Shown here: one piece after another, positions 11,265 through 24,575 of the stretch
Layout: each line of letters opens with the position of its first letter
Position numbering within the stretch: the first letter of the stretch is position 1
NCBI RefSeq assembly: GCF_006345805.1
Contig: NC_042997.1
Coordinates: 66,402,001-66,466,000 of the forward strand
Length of the DNA stretch: 64,000 nucleotides
Reading direction: 5' to 3'
Source of the DNA: Octopus sinensis
Taxonomy: Eukaryota
Notes under the pieces: generated by a model
Database searches by the model: none
What the model was told of the DNA's origin: nothing
Seen by the model: only the letters and a program-made list of their open reading frames with translations
Made by a program: the position numbers and the translations under genes

Positions 11265-11765
11265 TTAAGGAAGATTTTGCTGTTATTTCTAATATGTTGA
11301 GTGACCACAAAAAAGCTCTTTCAGTATACACTTTGTTTATGATATACAATTATCATATTTTTTTAATGCTTTTCACATATTTGTATGATTCAGTTTGTTT
11401 TCATGGTGATGCCTAACTCAAAGCTTCTTCAACCACCAGCAGCTGTTTGACCATATTCCAAATATCTTTTATCTCTCTCTTTCTCACCTCCAAACTCCAC
11501 CTTAACCAAACAACTGTGGTCTCTGCACTGATCACATTGTCCAACAACTACCTATGCAAAGCTATCTATGATAGATCAACATACTCCACAACCTATGCAC
11601 CCCCAAGTTTACCTCCTAACCATATGGTACTTCAAGTCAGGCTAGAACTCAGTCAGTCTTCACATATAAGCTGGTGAGTGAATCCATCAGCATAGACATG
11701 TCACTTCAAATCCCACACACAAGTAAAACCCATAACTGCAAGTCCCCCGAGTGGTTAACACCACA

Positions 11766-12620
11766 TTGTCATCATCATCATCATCATCGTCCTTTAACAT
11801 CTGTTCTCCATATTGTCATGGATTGGACAGTTTGACAAGATTTGGAGAGCTGCACCAGTCTCCAATTGTCTATTTTGACATGATTTTTACTGTGGATGCC
11901 TTTCCTAATGCCAACCACTTTACAGTGTGTGTTGGGTGCTTTTAATGTGGCACCAACATGAATGCTTTTACATGGAACCAGCACAAGTGCTTTTTATGTG
12001 GTACCAGCACAGGGCTCTTGCAGGCCATTCCACTTCATCAGGGAAAGTGGCATCAACTTTTCTGCTGTGGAGGATGGGTCTTGAGTACAGCAAGCCACCA
12101 GGTATCTCGCTTCTTTGTCATTTCTTCTATAAGGTTCTATGTCCTGAGGTTGTCCTTCAGTACTTCACCATTTTGCTTCCTGAGTCTCCCTCTTCCTTGA
12201 GTTTCATCCACTATAAGTCACCAGCAGTTTTTATGGTGCTGTCAACAACCATCTACACCACATGACCAAACCAGCACGGTCTTCTCTCTTGTACACTGCA
12301 TCTGATTCCTTTCATGCCTAACTTTTCTCTCAACACACTAGCACTCTGTTGCATATATACACTTACATTGCAGTGTTGTAGAAGTACCAGTGAAGAATAT
12401 GGCCTTCAACACCTGGAAAAATTTATCTATCTCTTCCATTTGAATAGCTTTTACTCACTACCACCATTCCTACAAGATTACCATCCCCAAAACAACAGAT
12501 GCCTTCATGCATCACAGCCAGCAAGTTCTTCCAACCACCAAAACTGTAATCAATCTTTCTGATTCCTTGCCTAGAGGTTCTCTACCAATTTTACAGCATC
12601 TGCTTACCTATCACTCCTCA
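11766..12620 (-). mobile_element. 5'-truncated RTE LINE copy
   Basis: (ATC)n tail, the shared 3' UTR, and reverse-strand GIRCSVQERR..WFGHV remnant. Confidence 0.75.
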
Positions 12621-12865
12621 ACTAAGTTGGCTTTATAAGGAGTCATCATACAGAGCAAACTTACACATTTGCTACCTGTTTAGCTTTCAAACTTCATAAT
12701 ATAATGACTTAAAATGATTAAAATTAGCCTCAGTGTGTCTCAGAGCGAGCCCCTATCTTTGCCAAAGACTTCAAGCTTGATCACTCTGCAAGGAGTTATG
12801 CCAATCTTTGGAAACATTCCAATGAAAGGCAATCTCTGTGAACATACCAACTATCAACTTACTGC

Positions 12866-12876
<11 letters not shown>

Positions 12877-12931
<55 letters not shown>
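12877..12931. repeat. (CT)n microsatellite
   Basis: Read directly from the sequence. Confidence 0.9.
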
Positions 12932-12935
<4 letters not shown>

Positions 12936-13561
12936 CCCACACACACAGGTGTCGCAGGCAATTGTTAACTGTCATCTTCTCCAACACTTCTAATTCCTCT
13001 CTCTTATTAATGAAACCCCAGTACAGCTTTCATAGAGCCACAGATTACTTTCTTATAACATTCCACACTGGTCCTTTGCTCTTGAGCACTTTGACAAAAG
13101 CAATGGGATTTGCAGTGGCATTCAGTCAAGGCTTTGCCATGATAATCTTATAGCTAAGCTGCCTATTGCACAATTTCTTTCTAGTCTGCAAATCCTCTGC
13201 ATTCCTTAGGGGATGTTTTATTGCCATGAAATATACACATGCATAATCATCGTACAGTCTCAATATACAGCCATGCTATTTACTGCTTTGTTGCCATTAG
13301 AGGTAACAGTTCCTTGAATGATTTTTTTTTTACCGTTTTTACTCTGCCTTCCAAATACCAATCCCCACCAGTAATTTCATCTATGCATATATATGCATGT
13401 ATATGTGTGTAGTGTGTGTATGTGTGCATATATATTTAAATGCTTGCATAATGAGAGAGAATGGAGAATCAAGATGTGTCCACAAATAACTTTGTAACAT
13501 ATAACTATCCTTTCAGCACACTTTACTATAAGATCATTCTTTGTTTCTGGTTAATTTACAG

Positions 13562-13734
13562 AAAGACGATATGGAAATAGTATGTGAGAGGTTTACCACA
13601 AGTAAGCTTCAAAAATTCGAAGATTTAACTTCTATAGCAACATACGGATTTCGCGGAGAAGCTTTAGCCAGCATCAGTCATATTGCGCATGTAACTATCA
13701 TGACAAGAACTGCTGATTCAAAGTGTGCCTATAA
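13562..13734 (+). CDS. MLH1: MLH1 exon (human exons 3+4 as a single exon)
   Basis: ttacag|AAA GAC...TAT AA|gtaagc; [57 protein letters not shown]; 173 bp = 99+74. Confidence 0.96.
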
Positions 13735-15124
13735 GTAAGCTTCTAAATATCATCCCATTGTTTAACAATGATATATCACAGTCAATTTTCAGTATTCTTA
13801 ATCTGCTTCATTAGGTATTTAAGGCAATGTTGTTGTTGTAGTTATTGTGGTTGTTACAGATTGCCCTATCTTTTTTTTGTTTTAGGCAAAGTGTATCTAT
13901 GATTATATTATCTGATGTGCCCTTTGATATTTATTTATTATTTCTAGCAAGTCAAATGACCTTATAGAGGCTCCCTGTTATGATACATGTCAGTTGTGGC
14001 AACTATATTGAATCAGAAATGTAATATCAGTGACTATTGCACTGTAACAATGAAGAAATGCTCTGTAGAGATAGCTATCTATGATGCTAGGAAGGGGACT
14101 TGAGGTTAGTTAATTAAATGGGATCTTGAAAATTGTGCATTACCTTCAAGATAATACGGAACTTAATGTGTGTTGTGTGTGGGAGAAGGCTTGTTTTATG
14201 TATGTGAACATAATTTATTGTTACATTAATATAGAAAGTGTTCATGCAATACAAGAAAAGGAATATTCAGATCAAACAACACATAGGACAAGTGCTGAGT
14301 GTCTTTATCAGAAATTCAAAATCCGTTTATTTTTTACACATCAACACATATTCTTGTTGTTATGGTGTGTTTTCAACCGTGCCAGGTTGAATATGTAGCT
14401 GTGAAAACAGCTATGTGTCGAGAGTGAATACCGCTCTGAAATAGCATACTCAAATGAGCTGTATTTGTAGGCTCTGTTTACAGAAGGTTCTAGTCATGCT
14501 ACCAGATTATCAACAGCCATTGATTGGACTGAAATTGGTTTTGTGCACATGATCACCTTATGATTTTTATGTGGCAAAACATGGGGTATAGAAAGATGCT
14601 GAATTGCAAACTTTCAAACCTGTTCTAAAATCAAAAGAAAAATAAAATCATCCCCACCGTCATCATATCATGTTGCGGTTGCATCTTACTCAAATCTCTA
14701 AGTATAAAAAGGATGACATTAGTGATCTTCCTTTTCTCTAAGCCCTTCATTCTCTGTCAAGCATAAGGCATTGATGACTTTTCTCCACTGTTCTTGATCC
14801 TGGACTTTGTTTACTGATTCTTTCCTTTTGGATTTTGCCTTTCAAATTTTGTTGCACCATGTCATATGTTGCTCTGAGGAAAGGCCATCATTTCCCAGGT
14901 CTTGTTATGTTTTAAGTTGCCATCGATGCTTCTGTAACTTTGCATTTTTAAATTTTATTTTGGTGGATATGTGTATGTGTGTGTTTGTGTTTATGTATAT
15001 ACACACATGTAATAGTTTGTGGTTGGAGGGGGAGCGCTGACTGTGACGTTAATGTACTGAATAACTAAACACTAGTCAGGAGTTCAAATTTCACAGTTAC
15101 TATTGTGTTATACATGCCCTAAGC

Positions 15125-15590
15125 CAGTGTTTCTCAACTATTTTTTGTCTATGGTCCCCTTTGATTCCTGTTTTACTCAACTGGCCTGTCATACCTATTC
15201 AATGTTTTTAAAAAATCTTACTGTTATAATTAACCCTTTAGCACTCAGATTATTCAGTCAAATGTAATGTATTTTTCATTCATATTGTTTTCAATTAAAC
15301 ATGCATTATTTTGTAACTTCGAAATTGTGATGATGTGATAGTATATTTTATAATGGCATTGAAGAGTAAGTGTGATAGGCTGGATCTGGCTTGTTAGAGC
15401 ATAATGTAGGTAGCATATTTGGGCTGGATATGGCCAAATTAAATGCTAAAGGGTTAATTATTATTAGGAATTGTATTAAAAAAATGTTAAAATATTCTAT
15501 GTATTGTAGAAATACAACCATGTTTATTGTACATAGTAAAATCTTATAGGAACCCCCAAGGGCCATGTGGACCCTGTTTAAGAACCATTG
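15125..15590. mobile_element. hAT-type MITE (CAGTG TIRs) with nested MITE F at 15234-15453
   Basis: CAGTGTTTCTCAAC...TTAAGAACCATTG; degenerate 8-bp TSD ccctaagc/ttttaagc; inner element bounded by TTAA at 15230-33 and 15454-57. Confidence 0.75.
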
Positions 15591-16251
15591 TTTTAAGCTA
15601 ACCCATTATTTTGATTGGCTCAGTTTTCTTAGTCAGAAACTGAATAGCATCCCATTTTACAGTAGTGTTGTTAGAAGTATGACTTTTCAAATTTTCATGT
15701 TTGAAATTTCAAAGTGATAAAACTAATGTTTTCATGAATTTCTTATCAGATGCCAAAATCATATGATGCAAAGAAAAAAAATGAAAAATATAAAAAAAAA
15801 AAAAAAAACTTGAATTAGAATATTATGAAAATAACTGAACTGTTTTATCAATTCAAATTTTCTTTTTATTGTGTTTTTTTGTAATTGAATTTAAGTTCTT
15901 TTCTCATTTTTTATTTCATTTATGTTTTTGTTTTTTTGATTTTGTGTTGGTGTTTTTTTTTTACTTCTGCCATCTTTGTATTTGTTTATGAAAGCTGATA
16001 CTTCTATTCTGTGTTCTTTTATAAGTCTCTGATGGAATTTTTCTTCAGTGGTTTAGTAAAGTAAACCATCAGCAATATCTGACAAGTTTGTCTGTTAGCA
16101 GTCAAAATTACGGTTTGCACAAATTCTTCACACAAGGTTGAGCAAAGACTTGAAACTCAAGATTTTATTAATTATTTTTCTAAAAAAAATTCATGTTTGC
16201 TTCATTTTTCTCTCATATTATTCTTTTTGTTATTTTTCATTTTTATTCCAG

Positions 16252-16324
16252 AGGATCATATCAAGATGGGAAGCTGAAGGCACCTATTAAACCATGTGCT
16301 GGGAATGTTGGCACTCAAATTACG
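16252..16324 (+). CDS. MLH1: MLH1 exon (human exon 5 equivalent)
   Basis: ttccag|A GGA TCA...ATT ACG|gtaagc; [24 protein letters not shown]; 73 bp. Confidence 0.95.
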
Positions 16325-16639
16325 GTAAGCTTATTATGGCTAGTACTCACAATACAAAATATTTTGTTCAGTTTCATTCAAGCCTTCTGAGACTTGAAAG
16401 AAAAGAAAAGAACTAAGATGTCATTTGTTTCTGTTACTAAATTTGATTGATGTGTTATTCTACCAAAAGTGGCCAATAACTTTCATAACTTCCATTCAAT
16501 ATTTTTTTGTTATTGATTAATATATTGATTAATATACATTTTTATTTCTTTATTTTTTGTAATGGAAAACCTTAATACATGGATATCATAACTGACAAAA
16601 AATGTAATTATAATGACTCAGACCATCTAGCTACAAATA

Positions 16640-17200
16640 GACAGACTGCTGTTAAAGAGTGAGAGTAGTTTAACTATTAACAAGATAAGTGTCCTGTTAA
16701 GCTTCCTGTGATGGCCTACAGCTCAAAGTTGTCTGTGACTTCAAATAAGAAAGACTTTCTGATACACATTGGTTCAAGCCTGGAGTACTCCAAAACTTCC
16801 TGACAATTGTATATTTCAAATTCAGCAAGAATGGTCTCCTTCTGGGTGTATCTAGAGAATATTCTTTTCTGTGGAGTTGAAACCTCATCTATGAATAAGG
16901 AGCTTCAAAATTGCCTTGATAGCATGTACACCAGGTTTCTCATGAACGCTAAAGACATTTCATGGTATGAGTACAAGACCAAAGAGAGATTTATGTACAC
17001 ATTCCATGCCTTGTTATTCAATGCTGAGTGGACTTTGCTGGCCACTGCTATCATGCTGACTAACAAGCCCTATCAGACATCTTTTGGAGATTTCTTCACC
17101 CTAACAGAGAACAAAGACGGCTCAGCTACAGACCATACAACCTGAAACTGAGTATCTACCAAAGCTAATGAAGGACAGAAATTCCTGGCGCAGCATTGAG
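16640..17200 (+). mobile_element. Decayed RTE-like LINE C-terminal fragment
   Basis: ENILFCGVETSSMNKELQNCLDSMYTRFLMNAKDISW resembles the RTE motif ESVLLYG.ETW....RLD..YTR.LR....ISW. Confidence 0.6.
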
Positions 17201-17526
17201 AGACACATCTCAGTTACAGACAGTTGAAGAAAGCATTAACTGTCAGTTCAAATCTCTCCCCATCTCCAGCTTTACATGAGTAAATGTTGATCTCAGCCAG
17301 TTTAACTTGCCCTGGGTATACTATATATACTAAGGCATTCTGCAGTGATTCCCCTAATGTTTCCTTAAATTGTTACAGAGGCATTTGGTTGTAATCATTG
17401 TTCAGTCTTAAACCAATCCTGACCTAAATAACCTTTGTCCAAAGACATTCAAGCCATGACCTTCTGGCTTTTTACAGAGTGGATTAACGTACTTTAGATC
17501 ACATTCTCTGATATGTCCATTTTTAA

Positions 17527-17699
17527 CCATTTAGCATTCAAACCAGCCAGACGTGGTCTCTCACACCTACCCTACAGTGTCATTCTAAAAATAAACGATC
17601 ACATTGAAATCTCAGAGCTACAAGATAATACATGATTAATTCAAAACAATATGAATAAATAAGCATTACATTTGATTGAGTAATATTAATGCTAAAGGG
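17527..17699 (-). mobile_element. MITE F, internally shortened copy
   Basis: TTAA at 17523-26 and 17700-03; body is the reverse complement of other F copies. Confidence 0.75.
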
Positions 17700-18398
17700 T
17701 TAAAAACAGTAGATTATGGTTTAATGGAGACTTGGCAGCTATTTCTAGCAAGGCAGAGAATTAGAACAAACTCCCTCTCTTTGCTTCATTCCTGCATATG
17801 TTTGAATGGATATTACATTGGACTGCCTGCTCAAAGGTTTTAAGTTCAACTCCACTTCTCTGCAGATGTGTCATTGTATATTTGGGTCAGTACATTTAAT
17901 TCTATATTGCTTCAGTTCACCTTGCTGTCAGAGAAATAGATACCAAATCTTCTAGGAATGTTACCGGAGATAGACTGATGGACTGGCATCCTGTCAAACA
18001 AAAGATTTATTTCTCATCCACTTTACGCCAAAAAAACTAGGGCTAAGTGCCAATCCTTAAAAGTCCTTCCCCAAGGTATAGGAAACATCTACATACATTT
18101 CAATGGCACTGTAAATAACAACACATCTAACTCTTCCTCATCTCCTCATTTCTGTGTGTTCCTAACACTTTGTTAAATATCACTCTTACAGATGAACAAT
18201 CAATCCATTTTTTTATTCTTTTTTAATGTGTATTATATGAACTCTTGTTTGTTGTTCCTTCTTTCTGCAGTATTTCCTAGAATATATATATCTTTAACAA
18301 CATGCATTATCTTTTATTGATTCTCTGTCGTTTGATGGAAAATGTTTGTTCGGTTAACATTTTGTGAGAATCTTAAATGTGTTTGTTGATGTTTGCAG

Positions 18399-18490
18399 GT
18401 GGAAGATTTGTTTTATAATGTAGCAACACGAAGGAAAGCTTTGCGAAGCCCAGCAGAAGAACATTCAAAAATAGCTGAAGTTGTTAGCAG
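18399..18490 (+). CDS. MLH1: MLH1 exon (human exon 6 equivalent)
   Basis: ttgcag|GTG GAA...AGC AG|gtaagc; [30 protein letters not shown]; 92 bp. Confidence 0.95.
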
Positions 18491-19789
18491 GTAAGCATCA
18501 TTGAGTTTATGAGTGTATTTGCAAGTGCATATGCTTATGTGCATGTGTTTTTGAAAGAAAGAGGGGGTTAAGTTTGTATGCAATGCATATAAAATATTAA
18601 TGTCTAGTATTGGCACTAGTCTACAGAATGTAGTAGGAGGATAGGTATAAGGATTAAAGTATGTATATGATTACAGGTATATATGTTTACAGTAAAGAAC
18701 AATATTACTTGACTGCTTTGTAAAGTATTATATATGTTTATTACATGTGACCACAAGGAGTCTTGTACAGACTGGTTCATGATTACTCCTTAAGGGAATT
18801 GATATGTGAATGCATGATCAGCCTGTATCTGTTTGTGTGTAGCGTTACATAACTTACATAAATGGTGAAGAGCAAGTGACTTGAAAGAGTGATAGGCGGT
18901 AGGATAATAGTGTCATCAGCCACTGGTGTTGTCATGTGATGTCAAGTTGATCAGCCAGTAAGGGAGCCTGTTATGTGGTCATTCAATCTGCTAGAAATAT
19001 CAGTCAAATTGCCTTTAAATCTAATCATCATCATCATTTAATGTCCATTTTCATGCTGGCATGGGTTTGGACATGGTGTAATGTTGAAGAAAAAGACAGA
19101 ATGGTCATAATTGGAAAGCCTTTAAAAAATGTCTACACATTCAAAGGCTGATCTTAGATAAATATAACATGATGTGAATGGCTGATACTTTGTCAGTGAG
19201 AAAGTAGTTTGTGATGGTTGTGGAAAGTAGCTATGGTGGAAGAAGACAAAAGATAAGGGGAATTGATCATGTTCATTCTGAGAACATTGTGACTCACAAG
19301 AATTGATGCAGGACCAAGATAAACAGCTACTACATGTAATACTGTAAACCCATTTAAAAAAGACATGCCAACGTAATAGGCATTACAATGAAAGTTACTG
19401 GTGGTGCTGCTCATGGTGGCAGCAGTGGTTTGTGTGTGTTTGGATATGTATGCAGGCACACATGTGCACTTGGTGAAAATGTTCTGTTCTTTAGCCCCAG
19501 GTCAACCCTCATTAAGCAGACCTATGATCACAATCATTCTAGTCTTGATGATCTAGCAATTTGTAACAACTATAATGACCTTATTGTGTACAGTGCTCAG
19601 GTGCACTACAACTGCTCAGTCTGTGGTTTTTAAAGAAAGTTCAATGATTTGAGGACAATTTAGCTAGAGAGACCATTTAGAGACTCTTTCATTGACTTGG
19701 GTTAGAAATATACTTGCTGTTGGTGTTTGTTGATGTCTCAGTTGTCATGTGTATATGGAGGACAAGTCTAGTTCTCAGTATTGTTTGTT

Positions 19790-20085
19790 CCTTCTCGAGC
19801 CATGCCTGGCTCATAAGGGCCGGTTTCCCAGTTTCCTTGACGTATAGGTTCCCCACTTGGATGGGATGCTGGTCTGTCGCAGGTGAGCTGCAAGATGCAG
19901 AAGGAAAGAGTGAGAGAAAGTTGTGGCAAAAGAGTCAGCAGAAGTTCGCCATTACCTTCTGCCAGAACTGCGTGGAGCTTAGGTGTTTCACTCATAAACA
20001 CACACATCGCCCGGTCTGAGATTCGAACCTGTGATCCCTCGACCGCGAATCCACTGCTCTAACCACTAGGCCATGTGCCTCCACA
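19790..20085 (-). mobile_element. tRNA-derived SINE (head A + tail Y)
   Basis: 19905-20082 aligns with 2855-3034; the remainder is unrelated to tail X. Confidence 0.8.
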
Positions 20086-20566
20086 GTTCTCAGTATAGCG
20101 AACCCTTTATCTATCACCCATCATTAGGTGTAAACTGCATACACGAAACTATCTGTTCTTTGAGGGCCGCAGAGTGTTGAGCTTTTTTGGTGGAGTGATA
20201 CATTTTTTTCAATGAAATCATTAACAATATTATCAAAATATCCACATATCATCTAGCCAACAAGGGGCTTGCTGAGCTAATGCAAGGACTTTTATAATTG
20301 GTCAATCTTTTGCAAATAGTTTTTTAATATCCCTCAAATCCCATCTCACCAACTTAAAATGGAAGGATATATTGGCTCATGAGGTCCTAGTAGCAAATGA
20401 TAATGCGGTCCTTAAAAATATAAATTGGGTAGTCATGGCTAGAATGTCTTCAGTCATAGGTCTGCTCAATCAGGACTGACCTGGAACTAATCTACTACTA
20501 TAAATCATTGTCATCATCATCATCATGTTTATAACAACCCCACCTTTTCTTCATGTTCTATTGTAG

Positions 20567-20609
20567 GTATGCTGTTCACAATGTTGGAGTTGGATTTATT
20601 TTGAAAAAG
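20567..20609 (+). CDS. MLH1: MLH1 exon (human exon 7 equivalent)
   Basis: ttgtag|G TAT GCT...AAA AAG|gtaagt; YAVHNVGVGFILKK; 43 bp. Confidence 0.93.
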
Positions 20610-21074
20610 GTAAGTGTCACAATAAATAATTTCTTGTTATCATCTATATATTAATACATTAAAGCTAAGTGTGTGATGCTGTAATGTGGTTAGTTGAAGG
20701 GAGAGGTGAAAAGAGAGAGAAAAGAGTGTTAGTGGTGAGAGCCAGGAGAAAAGGATTGCTATTATGTTATATGCTTGTGTTTTAAGTTGGTGGCACCTTA
20801 AAATACTGCTAGAAGTGCTTGCTTTACTTTTCTCATTCTTGTTTTGCATATGTATTTCTTTTACCTGTTTTGAATACTAAAACATTATCTAGAGCACTGC
20901 TTTGTTGACAATATGCTCTATTCCATTACATACATTAGTATTTTACTTTGAGATATTTGGGGTTGTGTTTTGTAAGATATTTTTAATGAGTGCTGATCTA
21001 TGTGTTTATGCATTTGTGTATGTGTGGTTTGTATTTATGTGTAAGTTTGTGTGTGTGTATATATATATATATAT

Positions 21075-21553
21075 CATCATCATCATCGTTTAACGTCTGT
21101 TTTCCATGCTAGCATGGGTTGGACGGTTCGAGCGGGGTCTGGGAAGCCAGAAGGCTGCAGTGGCAGTGCTATGTAAAAAGCACCCAGTACACTTTTTAAA
21201 GTGATTGTTGTTAGGAAGAGCATCTAGCCATTCAAACAATCTCAAAGCAGACATTGAAGCTTGGCAAATCCCTCTGGCTTACTGGCTTCTGTCAAACCAC
21301 CATGCCAGCATGGAAAACAGATATTAAATGGTGATGATAATGAATATATATCTATATATGTGCAGGTGGCACGTAAAAAGCACCCACTACACTCACGGAG
21401 TGGTTGGCGTTAGGAAGAGCATCCAGCTGTAGAAACACTGCCAGATCAGACTGGGCCTGGTGCAGCCTTCTGGCTTCCCAGACCCCAGTTGAACCGTCCA
21501 ACCCATGCTAGCATGGAAAGCGGACATTAAACGATGATGATGATGATGATGAT
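21075..21553. mobile_element. Cluster of three RTE-LINE 3' ends, the outer two inverted
   Basis: 21075-21159 is the reverse complement of 21461-21545 at high identity; both have (GAT)n tails. Confidence 0.85.
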
Positions 21554-21804
21554 ATATATATGTGTGTGGTGTGTGTGTGTGTGAATTAAATTAGAGATAA
21601 AACCACTATTAGGCAAATCAAACAATGAAAAACATAAACCAAAACATAGAAATAAAATAAATTAATATAAAATATAAAATTCAAAATTTAAGGAATATTA
21701 TTCCGAAATATCCTATCAGACTATGGATGACTAAATTACAACAGGTATATAGCCCATTGTATGTATTATACTGCATTGTTATACCATTCAAAACTTTTTA
21801 TCCT

Positions 21805-21870
<66 letters not shown>
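21805..21870. repeat. (TA)n(TG)n microsatellite
   Basis: Read directly from the sequence. Confidence 0.9.
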
Positions 21871-22055
21871 AGAGACCAAGTGTGTATCGTTGGCGATTTT
21901 CTTTCTCCATCTTCCCTTCCTTGGACTTTTCCTTTTTTATATATTTTTGATAAAGAGCTCTGCTCGAAACTTTAAATCCTCCTTCTTTCTTTCCTTTCCT
22001 GAGCGTCCAATAACGTCCTTGTGTTGTTGTGTTTTCTCTTTGTTTATGTTTGGAT

Positions 22056-22094
<39 letters not shown>

Positions 22095-22099
22095 TGCTA

Positions 22100-22480
22100 T
22101 ATAGTTAGAAGTTTGTTTCCCAATTATATGGTTCCAGGTTCAGTCCCACTGTGTAGCACTTTCAGCAAGTGCTTTCTACTATAGCTTCAGGCCAACCAAA
22201 GCATTGTGAGTGAATTTGGTAAATGGAAACTGAAAAAAGCCCATAGTATGTGTATGTTCATGTGCGTGTGTGTTTATATACGTGTGTGTCTTTCTGCCTG
22301 TGTTTGTTCCCTACCACTGCTTGGCAGCTGGTGTTAGTGTGTTTATATCCTTGTAACATAATAGTTTGGCAAAAGAGATTGATAGAGAAAGCTTTAAAAA
22401 AAAGAAGTACTGGAGTCAATTTATTTAAGGCACTGCTCCAGCATGGCCTCCGTCTGATGACTGAAACAAGTACGAGAATA
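22100..22480 (+). mobile_element. tRNA-derived SINE family D
   Basis: GGTTCCAGGTTCAGTCCCACTG...GGCACTGCTCCAGCATGGCC...GACTGAAACAAGTA. Confidence 0.82.
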
Positions 22481-22532
22481 AAACTAGAACATGCATGCAT
22501 GCTTACATACATACATTCATGCATACACATGT

Positions 22533-22582
<50 letters not shown>

Positions 22583-24508
22583 AAGAGAAGGAGAAACAGG
22601 TTTAGCTCTTTCTGTTCCTCTATCTGTCAGTTCTATATCCAACATAGTAAAAGGTCTTGTCTTGCAAGTACTTGGGGACCTCACTAGTGTTGGTGCCATG
22701 AAAGAAAGCATCAAGTATACTCTGTAGAAGGGACATCAAGCTGTAGAAACCATGTCAAAGCAGTCATTGGGACTCGGCACACTCCTCTGGTTCATCAGTT
22801 CTTTTCAAACCATCCAACCCATGTCTGTATGGAAAAAGGGATGTTGAACAATTGGTGGTGGTGGTGGTGGTGGTGGTGTTGATGATGATGATGAGGAGGA
22901 GGAGGACGACGACGATGACAGTGACATTGATGATGATTTACTTATGTATAATGTGAAAAACTTAATACAAAACTTTAGACCAAAATTGGTAGGACTTAAC
23001 ATTATATGCAAGTGTGAAGAAAAGGAGAAAACATCAGATTTTTAGGTAAAACATTGCATTTTATTTAAGATCATTGTATGTACTAATAGAAATGGTATAT
23101 TTACAATGAAGCATATGTAACCAAATCTGGGGAGGGGGTAAAAAAATAAATAGAATTCAGCCATATTGTTCATATTGATGTTATTGTTGCTTCACATTCC
23201 AGTTACTTTTTTAAATTCTTCTGTTATTCAATTTTTTTTCCATTTAATTCTTTTTTCAAATTTTATTTTCCAAATATATTTTCTCTCTTTTATTTTTATT
23301 TACTAATTATCTTTCTAATTTTCTTATTATTCTTTTATTATAACTTCAAATGTTTTTATTTCTATTTTTCTCCATATTTTTTAAAACTATTTTAAGCTAC
23401 ATTTACTGTATTCAGTATTATTTGTTTTGTTTTTAACTTATAAAAAGAAAGGTTCTGGTAGCTAGCTAATTCTCTTATAGCTTCTATTTATAATTTTGTG
23501 CCACATTATTGTATAAATTACATAAAATATCTTTTTCTTTATCTGTCCATATATTGCTTGCCTGTCTGTCTTTCTGCCTGTCCATCTATCTATATATATA
23601 TATAGCTGCATATATGCCAGTCTTAGAAAATTTTAGCCTTATGCTTAGTCATCATTGTTATTTTTATCATCATCATCTATTTTCAGTGGTTCTATACTCC
23701 ACCATATCCATCTCTGTCTTCCTAAGGCATGTGCAACATTGTCTTTTTGGTAAAGCAGGGGCTGTTTATATGTTACATCTACTTTACTATACTGTACAGA
23801 TTGTGTTATTCTATCAGATGTAATGTTGTCACTTGTATTGTATGTGTTTAAGTACCAGAGTGGCAATTGTATATATGAATGTATGTGCTGTGTGAGTTAT
23901 GTTATAGTGTTGAGTTGAGATTTTGTATCTGTACATTGTGTGAGCTTCACAGAAAGTCGACTGTAAGAATTCTGTTATTGTACTTATGTCTTGCATAAGA
24001 TGAGAGCTATGTATAGCAGTTTCTTTTTAAATTTTTACTGTATGTGGTTGTAGTGTAGTAGGTCTAGTGTGGTTTTTATGGCTTTTGGTTAAATTCTTCA
24101 TTACCATACCTATTATTAGTAGCTTTTACTTTCATATCCTACATCTTACTTATTTACATTTCAGGATCTTTTACACATTGATACATTTATATATATATCT
24201 TATTCTGTGTAATATTTTGGTTAAAAGTTATCAAGTTGTCTATCTTAATATTGATTTCAAATTTTGGTGCAAAGCCAGCAAGGGAATGGGGAAGATGATA
24301 ATATTAACCCTAATGCTAAACTGGTACTTATTTTATCAACCCCCAATAAGATGAATGGCAAAGTCAACCTTGGCTGAATTTGAACACATAACATAAAGAT
24401 GTATGAAATACTGCTAAGCATTTTGCCTGGCATGCCAACAATTCTGCCAGCTCACCACTAATATCAGTTTTACATCCATTTTCCATTGTTAACATGGTTG
24501 AGCATGTC

Positions 24509-24514
<6 letters not shown>

Positions 24515-24572
<58 letters not shown>
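24515..24572. repeat. (CT)n microsatellite
   Basis: Read directly from the sequence. Confidence 0.9.
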
Positions 24573-24575
<3 letters not shown>

